A stretch of 36,611 nt of DNA from Candidatus Woesearchaeota archaeon (GCA_964346485.1 CAYFUJ010000044.1:1-36611); one strand, 5' to 3'; shown: positions 1 to 7,858, counted from the stretch's first letter. A program made the numbers and translations. The notes: generated by a model not told the origin, from the sequence alone.

Positions 1-372
1 ATGCTTTACCGGCTTAAGCTTGGCGATGCAATTAAGTCAAAGGATGAGAACAAAATCAAAGAGGTTAATCGGGAAGTTGCAAAACAAATGAGAATTCTTG
101 CAGAAATTTCCAGAAAACAAAACATTCCTGTTTTAATCACAAACCAGGTTTATCACGGCTTTTTGTCAGAAGAGGAATGGAAAAAGAAAATTCAACCAGA
201 AGCGAACATTGTCGGAGGAGATTTATTCAAATACTGGAGCAAAACGATAATTGAACTGAAGAACGAAAACGGAAAGAAAAGAGCGATTCTTTTGAAACAC
301 CGGAGCATGCCGAAGAAAGAAATGTCATTTGAGATCAGGGAGAGAGGAATATTTAGAAGGCGCTGGTTTTAG
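1..372 (+). CDS. radB: RadB/RadA-family recombinase, C-terminal fragment (N-terminus outside window)
   Basis: The C-terminal RecA-fold pattern is present: IPVLITNQVY strand, GGDLFKYWSKTIIELK, RAILLKHRSMP, FEIRERGI. The Walker motifs would lie upstream of the window. The stop is at 370-372, directly abutting the next ORF. Confidence 0.6.
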   Translation: MLYRLKLGDAIKSKDENKIKEVNREVAKQMRILAEISRKQNIPVLITNQVYHGFLSEEEWKKKIQPEANIVGGDLFKYWSKTIIELKNENGKKRAILLKHRSMPKKEMSFEIRERGIFRRRWF

Positions 373-420
373 TTGAGCAACTTTCTGGTGGTTCTTAAAG
401 AATATAAACTTCTGTTCCTT

Positions 421-1638
421 ATGATTTTTATGGCAGACATAAGATTTGAGGTCATAAAAAAGATAGCTGAGATAAATTTCAAATATAAAAACCTTGATAG
501 GATTTCAGAGCTGGACACGAATTCTCCGCCAAGCGTGTTTGTCGGCTCTAAGCTAAAATATCCTGTAGTAAATGTGGGGATTTTAAGCCCGCTTGAAAAA
601 GACGAGCATGCATGGGTCTATGATGACTCAGAATACTGGGCAAAGCACAATTTCAGCATAAGAGACGTGATAGATCTAAGAAATAGCCTTTTGAATTCAA
701 GGTTTCGGTCAAAAGTGACAGATTCCCGCTCAGCAAACAACAAGTTTGTGCAGATAGCTCAGGAACTTGCCCTTGCTTCAAAACCTGTTGATGTGGAAAT
801 AGAGCTGAAGAAAAAAATTGGTCCTGGATTAAAACGAGACAGAATCTTATCGCCCCAGGGAATGGCAGCACCATTGAAAAAAGCAAAAATCACGGAAAAT
901 GTAAAAATAGATAGAAGACTTGACAAAGTAATTAATGACGAGATAAAATCAGCAGAAGGAATCGCATATCTCTATAAAAACAAGTTCAGCGAATACACTC
1001 TGAGCAAAATCCTTAGTGTTGGTGTTCTTGGATTGAAAAAAGACAAAAGGCTTGTTCCGACAAGATGGAGCATTACTGCAACAGATGACACAATCGGAAA
1101 AAAGCTTTTAGAGAAAATTAGAGATTATAAATGGATTGAAAATCACGAGATGTTTTTCGGAGAATTTCTAGGAAATGCTTATCTGATAATGTTTTTTCCG
1201 AATATCTGGAGCTATGAGCTTTTTGAGCTTTATCTGCCTGGAAGTTCATGGAATCCGTCAAATGAAATAAAGGCTGCGACAGATTTTGAACCATATAGCG
1301 GAAGAAAAAATTATGCCTCAAATACCGCAGGAGGCTATTATGCATCAAAGCTTCCTATATTGGAATATCTTGAAAAAATAAAGAGGCAAGCTTCTGTTTT
1401 GGCAATAAGATTAGAGCTTCCGAGCTATTGGGCAGCTTTAGGTGTCTGGGTTGTGCGGGAAAGCGTGAGAAAAGCGCTGGCTCACAGAAAACTTGAATTC
1501 AACGAGATGAATGAGATGCTCAATAGCGCAAAGAAAATCGGCATGATAAAATTCGGCTTTGACCCTGAAAAAATCTTCAAAAAAAGCCGTTTGCTTGAGA
1601 ATATAAGAACGCAGACAACTCTTGGCAAGTGGGTTTAG
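421..1638 (+). CDS. nreA: NreA-like archaeal DNA repair protein (Nre_N/Nre_C, DUF650/DUF651 type)
   Basis: Motifs I recall for Nre proteins are present: SPPSVFVGSKLKYPVVNVGILSP, LVPTRWSITATDD, GGYYASKLPILEYL, and QASVLAIRLE followed by YWAALGVWVVRESVRKA. The C-terminus has a PIP-like box, QTTLGKWV. The track starts at TTG 373, but ATG 421 or 430 is more plausible. The N-terminal Cys cluster seen in many Nre proteins is absent. Confidence 0.55.
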   Translation: MIFMADIRFEVIKKIAEINFKYKNLDRISELDTNSPPSVFVGSKLKYPVVNVGILSPLEKDEHAWVYDDSEYWAKHNFSIRDVIDLRNSLLNSRFRSKVTDSRSANNKFVQIAQELALASKPVDVEIELKKKIGPGLKRDRILSPQGMAAPLKKAKITENVKIDRRLDKVINDEIKSAEGIAYLYKNKFSEYTLSKILSVGVLGLKKDKRLVPTRWSITATDDTIGKKLLEKIRDYKWIENHEMFFGEFLGNAYLIMFFPNIWSYELFELYLPGSSWNPSNEIKAATDFEPYSGRKNYASNTAGGYYASKLPILEYLEKIKRQASVLAIRLELPSYWAALGVWVVRESVRKALAHRKLEFNEMNEMLNSAKKIGMIKFGFDPEKIFKKSRLLENIRTQTTLGKWV

Positions 1639-3917
1639 ATAACTTCCTTTGCTTTTTTCTTCTTCCTGTAAGCCTTAATTCGTTCGCGATTTGTCTCGCA
1701 TTCTGGATTGAAGCAAAAGGTCCATGGCTTTTTTCCTTTTCGGATTGACATTAACATAGGAAATCCGCACTTCTCGCAGACCTTGTCTGATTTTTTTATC
1801 AGAGAATTTGGTGGCAGACTGTAGGTGTTTTTGCATTTGGGATATGCGTCACACGCGACAAAATATCTTCTTGTTTTTTTAGAATATGTAATACCGAGAT
1901 TTCCTTTTTTGCAAACAGGGCAGATATTGAGCTTGTTCTCTTCTCTCTGCTGTTCTCTGAACTTATCGTTTGCCTCGGCAATTTCTTTTCCTATCTCTTC
2001 CTGCTCTTTCTTAAACTGCTTGGATATCTTGGTTATTGTTTTTTTAGCCTCTTTGAGAATTTTTTGTTCTTTCTCTTTGTAAGCTTTTTTTGTCCTTAGA
2101 ATTGCATCCATTCCTTTTTCAAAGTTCCTCGTGAGTTCTTCATCAATTATTATTGGAGAGTGTTTTTCAAGAGTTTCGATTAAGGAGATTCCTAGTGGGG
2201 TTGCTTTTATACTCTGATCTTTGATATAACCTCTATTATAAAGAGTTTCCAAGATACTTGAACGGGTTGCCTTGGTTCCTAATCCTCTTTTCTCAAGTTC
2301 TGAAATTATAGAGGCAGGAGTATATCTTTTTGGAGGCTGAGTTTGTTTTTCCTCTATTCTTGAATTCGTAATTTTTACATCTCCACTAACGCCAGGGATT
2401 TCTCTTTCCTGCATCTTTACAGGATAAATCTGAAGCCACGAGCTCTTTTTTATCGAAAAACCTTTTTTAACAAAAACCAAGCTATCAACATTCAGCGTTA
2501 TTATTTTGTTTTCAAGAACAGCATCCTCCATAAAAACAGAAAGGAACCGCCTGACGATTAAATCATAAATTCTTTTTTCATTTCCTTCTAAACTTTTGAA
2601 ATTTCCTGTCGGATAGATTGAAGGATGAGCAGGATCTGATTTTTTCCCTTCAATAGGCTTTTCTCTTGTCAGAAGTTTTTCTGCCTTATATTTTATTGCG
2701 AATTTTTTAAGAATTTCTCTGTAATTGACAGAAGAAGGAAGTTTCTGACTAGAGGTTCTCGGATATGAAATTAATCCTGAGAGATAAAGATTTTGTGCTG
2801 CTTCAAGGGTTTTTCCAGGATTTATTCCAAAAATTCTGTAAGCTTCTGTCTGCAAGGTTGTTAAATTGAAAGGAGAATTTGGAGGAAGTTTCTGTTCTTT
2901 TTTTCTTGTTTCTGCCCTTCCTGTTTTTCCAACTAGAGCTTTAAATTTTTTTAACTCTGATTTCTTGAAGATATCTTTGTTATAAATTAACTCGAGTTCT
3001 GGTTTGTCAATTTTCACAAAAACCTGCCAGTAAGTTTTAGGCTTGAAATCAAGAATATTTTTTTCTTTTGTGACTATGAGATTCAGCGTAGGACCCTGGA
3101 CTCTTCCTATCGACATGATTTTGAATTTTCCTATAGATCTAAGAGAATTCATAAGTGCTCTTGAAAGATTTATTCCATAGAACCAGTCGAGATAGTGCCT
3201 TGTTTCTCCTGCAATTGCTTGGCCCCAGTCGAGATTTTTGGATTTTTCTTGATAAGCCTTGTTCAGTTCTTTTTCTGTAAGAGTTGAGAATTTCATTCTT
3301 GCTGCATCAGCTTGACCAGCAAGAAATCTTACAATATTCAGGCCTATTACCTCTCCTTCAACGTCATAGTCTGTGGCAATTGTCGGGCTTTTGGCGTCTT
3401 TCATTAGCTTTAACAAAATATCAGAATATTTTTTGCTAAAGTCATTTTCTCTGACAAAATAATTAGGAACCCATACGATATTAAAAACAGGAATTTTTGC
3501 TCTTGCTTCTTTCTGAGCAAGAGTGAACAAATGACCCACAGCACATGCAACAATAATTTTTTCTCCTTTTCTGTCGACTTCATAATAAGGAATATTTTTT
3601 TCACCCTTTTTTACAGATTTTCCCAGAGAAGAAGCGATTTTAAATGCAGCCTGAGGCTTTTCAGTGATAATCAGCTCATAACCTTGTTTTTTCAGTCTGA
3701 TTTTTTTCGGCTTGAATTCCTTTCTCTTAGTCTTGGTTTTTACTCCCTGTTTTCTTTTTCTTCTTGCAGGCTTTTTTATTTTTTCAACTTTTTCCAAGGA
3801 TTTTCTGTCGGGTTTGCTGTATTTCTTTTCCACTGCGTGCTTCAAATCATCTTCGTCAACAGGAAAATAACTTTCAGCTATTTTCTCTTCTTTTGTTTTT
3901 TTCTTTTTTCTTGGCAT
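1635..3917 (-). CDS. topA: DNA topoisomerase I (type IA), with C-terminal zinc ribbons
   Basis: The Toprim start is ELIITEKPQAA and DYDVEGE is present. The active-site Tyr context is GLISYPRTSS. Two C-terminal C4-type ribbons are visible (CPVCKKG...CDAYPKC and CEKCGFP...CFNPEC). The protein is 760 aa with a Lys-rich N-terminal extension of about 80 aa. Confidence 0.9.
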   Translation of the reverse strand: MPRKKKKTKEEKIAESYFPVDEDDLKHAVEKKYSKPDRKSLEKVEKIKKPARRKRKQGVKTKTKRKEFKPKKIRLKKQGYELIITEKPQAAFKIASSLGKSVKKGEKNIPYYEVDRKGEKIIVACAVGHLFTLAQKEARAKIPVFNIVWVPNYFVRENDFSKKYSDILLKLMKDAKSPTIATDYDVEGEVIGLNIVRFLAGQADAARMKFSTLTEKELNKAYQEKSKNLDWGQAIAGETRHYLDWFYGINLSRALMNSLRSIGKFKIMSIGRVQGPTLNLIVTKEKNILDFKPKTYWQVFVKIDKPELELIYNKDIFKKSELKKFKALVGKTGRAETRKKEQKLPPNSPFNLTTLQTEAYRIFGINPGKTLEAAQNLYLSGLISYPRTSSQKLPSSVNYREILKKFAIKYKAEKLLTREKPIEGKKSDPAHPSIYPTGNFKSLEGNEKRIYDLIVRRFLSVFMEDAVLENKIITLNVDSLVFVKKGFSIKKSSWLQIYPVKMQEREIPGVSGDVKITNSRIEEKQTQPPKRYTPASIISELEKRGLGTKATRSSILETLYNRGYIKDQSIKATPLGISLIETLEKHSPIIIDEELTRNFEKGMDAILRTKKAYKEKEQKILKEAKKTITKISKQFKKEQEEIGKEIAEANDKFREQQREENKLNICPVCKKGNLGITYSKKTRRYFVACDAYPKCKNTYSLPPNSLIKKSDKVCEKCGFPMLMSIRKGKKPWTFCFNPECETNRERIKAYRKKKKAKEVI

Positions 3918-3982
3918 TTTTATTTTGTGGTTATTCTTATAGTCTATATTCTATATTTAAGTTTTTAGAATTTTGGATAAGC

Positions 3983-3992
3983 TTATAAAAAT
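3983..3992 (+). promoter_or_regulatory. TATA-box-like element (TTATAAAAAT) about 20-25 nt upstream of ATG 4011; leaderless-type promoter
   Basis: The sequence matches the archaeal TATA consensus TTTAWATA loosely. The spacing to the start codon is typical of leaderless archaeal mRNAs. Confidence 0.35.
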
Positions 3993-4010
3993 ATCTTTTT
4001 TCTTATTTAC

Positions 4011-4517
4011 ATGATTTTGGAATTGATTTTGGGCTCTTTGTTTATTATAATTTTTTTAATCTGGATTTCAGGATTTCTTTCAGGAGCGCCTTTTCAGACA
4101 TCCAGTAATAAGGCTCTTACAAGGATAATCGAACTCTCAAAAGTAAAAAAGGGTGAAAAAGTTGCTGATTTGGGTTCTGGCAGTGGAAAAATTGCCGTGG
4201 AATTTGCAAAAAGAGGGGCGATAGTAACTGGCTTTGAAATAAATCCTATTCTTGTCTGGATTTCAAGAAGAAAAATAAAGAAATCAGGCCTTCAAAAAAA
4301 AGTTTCGATAAAATGGCAGAATTTCTGGAATACCGATCTTTCTGGCTTTGACCTTATAATTGTTTATCAGATAGGCTATATTATGAACAAACTCGAAAAA
4401 AAATTCAAAAAAGAACTAAAAAATCCTAAGGGAACCAGAGTTGTTTCAAATATGTGGAAATTCCCTAATATTAAACCTAAAAAAAAGCTCGGGCGTGTTT
4501 TTTTGTATAGATTTTAA
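4011..4517 (+). CDS. Membrane-anchored class I SAM-dependent methyltransferase (FAM173/ATPSCKMT-like architecture)
   Basis: An N-terminal TM helix (ILELILGSLFIIIFLIWISGFL) is followed by GAPF. Motif I is VADLGSGSGKIAVEFA, the acidic post-I residue sits in GFEINP, and DLIIVY is also present. Confidence 0.75.
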   Translation: MILELILGSLFIIIFLIWISGFLSGAPFQTSSNKALTRIIELSKVKKGEKVADLGSGSGKIAVEFAKRGAIVTGFEINPILVWISRRKIKKSGLQKKVSIKWQNFWNTDLSGFDLIIVYQIGYIMNKLEKKFKKELKNPKGTRVVSNMWKFPNIKPKKKLGRVFLYRF

Positions 4518-5122
4518 ATTTCGAATATTTTTTCTTTTCTGCTGACATTTATGACTTTTGTTTTTCCTATTTCTTCCTCGATTCCTCCAGCCTCATGAAT
4601 GTGCGAGTTTATCAGAACATCTGGATGAAATTTTTCTATAGCATTTTTTATAGCTTTTGAGCCTTCAAAACCAAACACCTCTGCCTTGCCTCCTGAAGGA
4701 TGAAGATGGGTAACCATGATTTTCTTTTTGGTGTCTTTTATTCTGGAATGTCCTTTTTTCAGCAATTCAAATATCTCAGAATCCTTTATCATGTGAAAAC
4801 CAAAATCAGCACCTCCTGCTCCGAAAATACCCAAATCCCCTTTTACAAAAGAGTATCCATGAATATTTTTTGCCCCATATACTTCTGCCAAAAAATCAGC
4901 TGTTGCGATGGACTCGTGATTTCCGGGAATTAACAAGACCTGTTTCTTGGCTTTTACAAACGGCCCGATTAAATTCTTGGTCGACTGCTCTGCAAGAGTC
5001 AGGTCGCCTGCCAGGATAACCATATCGACATCTTCTTTCTTGGCTTTTTCTGCTAGTTTTTTTACAAGGCCTGTGTCTCCGTGAATATCCCCTACTGCAA
5101 GGATTTTTGTTTTCTTTCCCAT
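4514..5122 (-). CDS. Metallophosphoesterase (calcineurin-like, MJ0936/YfcE type)
   Basis: Recognised motifs are ILAVGDIHGD, LAGDL, PGNHE, MVTHLHP and NSHIHE. Its stop overlaps the convergent methyltransferase gene by 4 nt. Confidence 0.8.
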   Translation of the reverse strand: MGKKTKILAVGDIHGDTGLVKKLAEKAKKEDVDMVILAGDLTLAEQSTKNLIGPFVKAKKQVLLIPGNHESIATADFLAEVYGAKNIHGYSFVKGDLGIFGAGGADFGFHMIKDSEIFELLKKGHSRIKDTKKKIMVTHLHPSGGKAEVFGFEGSKAIKNAIEKFHPDVLINSHIHEAGGIEEEIGKTKVINVSRKEKIFEI

Positions 5123-5143
5123 TTTTTCATAACAAAGAAAGGG

Positions 5144-5157
5144 TTAATAAATATTTT
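5144..5157 (-). promoter_or_regulatory. TATA-like element for the minus-strand metallophosphoesterase gene
   Basis: The reverse complement reads AAAATATTTATTAA and ends about 22 nt upstream of ATG (5122). Confidence 0.3.
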
Positions 5158-5165
5158 CAAAAATC

Positions 5166-5278
5166 TAAAAGTATAGGTGTTACCATTTTAAAATTAATAA
5201 AGGTAAAGGTTTAAAAATGCCTTTTTATATCTATTATAAGAAATATGGGTTTCAAAACATTTAAAAGTAAACACCTAT
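5166..5278. repeat. Paired motif in a divergent promoter: TAAAAGTA + ATAGGTGTT (5166-5181) and TAAAAGTA + AACACCTAT (5262-5278)
   Basis: The 8-nt direct repeat and the 9-nt perfect inverted repeat were read directly from the sequence. Each arm lies just upstream (BRE side) of the TATA-like element of one of the two divergent genes. Confidence 0.6.
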
Positions 5279-5280
5279 CA

Positions 5281-5290
5281 AAATATATAC
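5281..5290 (+). promoter_or_regulatory. TATA-like element for the wHTH regulator gene
   Basis: AAATATATAC lies about 22-30 nt upstream of ATG 5312. Confidence 0.3.
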
Positions 5291-5311
5291 AATAAAATAT
5301 ATGCGTACCAA

Positions 5312-5578
5312 ATGAAAGACAACTTTGATATCTTTTTTAGGAGAAAGCCAGCACTAATGTTGGTCTCTCTTAAGAAAAACACGAGAATGAGGTACGGTAG
5401 TGTATTGGCTAAGGAAGTTGACTGTACATACAGCCATGCAGTAAAGATTCTGCAGACACTCGAAGCATTGAGTTTGGTTGGTTTTGAAAAAAAGGGGCGA
5501 ATAAAAATTATAAAACTGACCAAAAAGGGAAAAGAAGTTGCAGATGCAATTGAGAACATCCAGAAACTCATAAGATAA
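5312..5578 (+). CDS. Small winged-helix DNA-binding protein (MarR/ArsR-like)
   Basis: The 88-aa protein shows an HTH plus wing pattern: YGSVLAKEVDCTYSHAVKILQTLEALSLVGFEKKGRIKIIKLTKKGKEV. Confidence 0.6.
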   Translation: MKDNFDIFFRRKPALMLVSLKKNTRMRYGSVLAKEVDCTYSHAVKILQTLEALSLVGFEKKGRIKIIKLTKKGKEVADAIENIQKLIR

Positions 5579-5676
5579 TTCTAACTACCGCCCCGATATA
5601 TTCGTTTTCCTATTAAGAAATCTGCTAGTGGTTTTTTATATAAATTTTTATAAACTACCATAGTATTTTTTCTATT

Positions 5677-6033
5677 ATGCATAACCAGGATTTCATAACT
5701 CTTGAGATTCCAGGAGTAAAAGAAATTGATATTTTATCTGGAATAATGACTCTCGCAGAATTCCCAGAAGGGTCTCCTTTTAGACGGACAGGTTCTTATT
5801 GGCCAGAAATCAATAAACATACACTTCTAGCCTGGTATGTCACAGATTTAAACGAAGAATTTATGCTACGAGAATCAGATATTGCTGTCTCCCGAGTTCA
5901 TGAAAGAAAACCTAACCAATCAATGTTTAAGCCAACTGACAAGTATAGAGTGATAGTTAGTGAAAAAGTTAATCCTAAAATTTTTGAAATGTTAGAAGAG
6001 AGAATAAGAGAAGAATATAGAAAAACTTCTTAA
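5677..6033 (+). CDS. Hypothetical protein (118 aa)
   Basis: This is an intact ORF with a TATA-like TTTTTATAAA about 25 nt upstream. I recognise no motif. Confidence 0.4.
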   Translation: MHNQDFITLEIPGVKEIDILSGIMTLAEFPEGSPFRRTGSYWPEINKHTLLAWYVTDLNEEFMLRESDIAVSRVHERKPNQSMFKPTDKYRVIVSEKVNPKIFEMLEERIREEYRKTS

Positions 6034-6096
6034 TCATTTTTTCCAAAAAATTTATAATCTATTTGTTCTTTAACTTGATATTAAAAAGAGGTTTAA

Positions 6097-6531
6097 ATGG
6101 CATCTACAAAACAAAAAAAGGCTGTCAGAAGAAAAAAACCAGGTACAGGCGGAAGAGGCAAGTATTATAGAATCGTTGTAAGACCAAAGGGTCAGTTTGC
6201 AACTTTTAGAGTGCATGATGTGGGAAGGAAAGGCCATATCCAGAGGCTCGCTGGAAAGAGAAAAGGCGGAGGCTGGGATACGCAGGCATGGCTTATAGCA
6301 AAGACAGATGCGGGTCTTTCGAGAGGAATTTTAGTAGGAAAAACAGCAGCTGCAAGAAGCGTAATTTCTAAATTAGGAGCAAAGCCGAGAAAAGTCAGCG
6401 GAAATGTTTTTAGAGCAAAGCCACGTAAAGACATACCTGAAAGAAAAAAGCCAACTCCTGCAATGAGAAGAGCACAGGGAGGAAATATTAAAAAAGCACA
6501 GGCAGCCCGAAGAAAAAAGAGAAGAAGATAA
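6097..6531 (+). CDS. Extremely basic Arg/Lys/Gly/Ala-rich protein (144 aa), unknown function
   Basis: An SD-like GAGGT lies 7 nt upstream. The core is YYRIVVRPKGQFATFRVHDVGRKGHIQRLAGKRKGGGWDTQAWLIAK, flanked by K/R-rich tails. Local GC is about 42-57% against roughly one-third elsewhere. Confidence 0.55.
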   Translation: MASTKQKKAVRRKKPGTGGRGKYYRIVVRPKGQFATFRVHDVGRKGHIQRLAGKRKGGGWDTQAWLIAKTDAGLSRGILVGKTAAARSVISKLGAKPRKVSGNVFRAKPRKDIPERKKPTPAMRRAQGGNIKKAQAARRKKRRR

Positions 6532-6723
6532 ATGGTTCTGCAATACAAGAAGAAAGGCGAAACCAGATGGAGAAAATATCCTGGAAAAGACAAGATAAAA
6601 GGAAGTGTCAGTAGTTATGATTTTAGATTATTGAGCGAGGATAAATCAAAAGTTCTTGCAAAAGGAAATTATTCCAAAGTTCTGAAGAGATTCAGGCAAA
6701 TAGAATTCTTTAAGCACAGATAA
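6532..6723 (+). CDS. Hypothetical small basic protein (63 aa)
   Basis: Its ATG immediately follows the TAA of the preceding gene (TAAATG), which suggests translational coupling. Confidence 0.4.
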   Translation: MVLQYKKKGETRWRKYPGKDKIKGSVSSYDFRLLSEDKSKVLAKGNYSKVLKRFRQIEFFKHR

Positions 6724-6727
6724 TAAA

Positions 6728-6815
6728 TGGCCCTGGAGGGATTTGAACCCCCGACACCTGGATAACTCCAAAGAGATTAAGAGTCCAGTGCTCTACCAGA
6801 CTGAGCTACAGAGCC
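6728..6815 (-). tRNA. tRNA-Lys (anticodon CUU) with a 14-nt intron at the canonical 37/38 position
   Basis: I folded the reverse complement GGCTCTGTAGCTCAGTCTGGTAGAGCACTGGACTCTTA[ATCTCTTTGGAGTT]ATCCAGGTGTCGGGGGTTCAAATCCCTCCAGGGCCA by hand. It gives a 7-bp acceptor stem, D arm GCTC/GAGC and T arm GGGGG/CCCTC with a TTCAAAT loop. The anticodon stem CTGGA/TCCAG forms only once about 14 nt are removed. CCA is not encoded. Confidence 0.85.
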
Positions 6816-6855
6816 TTATATTAACAATCTAGAAGGAGTTTAAAAAAATATCTGA

Positions 6856-7164
6856 TTATTTATACTCTCTCCAGGTAAATCCACATTTTGTGCATTTGAA
6901 GAATTTTGTCTCTGCTTCGTCAGTCGCACGTGTCTGAAGCGTCCAGAAAAATGCTTTTTCATTTCCACAATTTTTACATTTCTGCTCTATTATTGGATGC
7001 ACTTCTGCATCTTTTTCAGAGATTACATCAATTTTCTTTTTTTCTTCAATCTTTTCAGAGGTCTTGAGTTTGACTTTTCCTTTTGTAGAATATCTGCATC
7101 GAGGACAACGATCTTTTTTATTTTTTTGGACAAGGACAGCACCGCATTTCGGACAAAATTCCAT
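6856..7164 (-). CDS. tfs: Transcription factor S (TFS; RpoM/TFIIS-like)
   Basis: The N-terminal Zn ribbon is CPKCGAVL...CPRCRY. The C-terminal TFIIS-type ribbon is CKNCGNEKAFFWTLQTRATDEAETKFFKCTKCGFTWREY, which includes the acidic hairpin. The protein is 102 aa. Confidence 0.9.
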   Translation of the reverse strand: MEFCPKCGAVLVQKNKKDRCPRCRYSTKGKVKLKTSEKIEEKKKIDVISEKDAEVHPIIEQKCKNCGNEKAFFWTLQTRATDEAETKFFKCTKCGFTWREYK

Positions 7165-7228
7165 CTTAAATATTCCAAATTTACTTTGTTATCTTTGTTT
7201 AAAATTATTTAAAAATCTTCCTATTGCT

Positions 7229-7858
7229 TTATTTCTCATTGCAGAAACCCCTTTCAGAAATAGGCTTCTGCCATTCGTAAAATACGAGTTTTACCCATCC
7301 AATATAAGGGGCCAATTTCAGAACCGCTTTTCCAATTAGTTGGCTTTCTATTATCTCTCCTTCAAACTCAAATTGTCCTTTATTATTATCTCCTATAGTA
7401 GAGAAAACCTTCTGGCCATTTTTTTCTCTTATATCGATTATCCTATGAATTACTGGATTTTTCTGATATGCATTAAAAATAATTATATCTCCTATTTCTA
7501 ATTTTTCAGGATTTGCTTTGAATACTAATAAAATATCTCCTTTGTTAAACCCGTTTTTCAATGTAAATTTTTTGAAATCTAAGTCATTTATTATGAATTC
7601 TGAATATTTGTCTTCGTGCCTGTCCCACCAAGCATCAAAGTCAGAAAACAAGTTTCCTTTATGATACATGCTGCAGGATTCGACAATTGCCAAAGGCAGA
7701 GAGGTTCCTGTAACAAAACTGAGAAGAGGAAAGAATATAAATTTTATAACCACAAATAAAAAGATGAGCGAAAATATCCACCCCTTAAAACTGTTATCTT
7801 TCCAGAGAAAATGCCAGAATTTTTTAAAGAATTTTTCCCCTCTTTTTTCTAAAACCAT
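7229..7858 (-). CDS. Signal peptidase I, archaeal/Sec11 (S26B) type
   Basis: An N-terminal TM anchor is followed by the catalytic Ser context VESCSMYHKG, the His context PVIHRII, and TIGDNNKG. Confidence 0.8.
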   Translation of the reverse strand: MVLEKRGEKFFKKFWHFLWKDNSFKGWIFSLIFLFVVIKFIFFPLLSFVTGTSLPLAIVESCSMYHKGNLFSDFDAWWDRHEDKYSEFIINDLDFKKFTLKNGFNKGDILLVFKANPEKLEIGDIIIFNAYQKNPVIHRIIDIREKNGQKVFSTIGDNNKGQFEFEGEIIESQLIGKAVLKLAPYIGWVKLVFYEWQKPISERGFCNEK

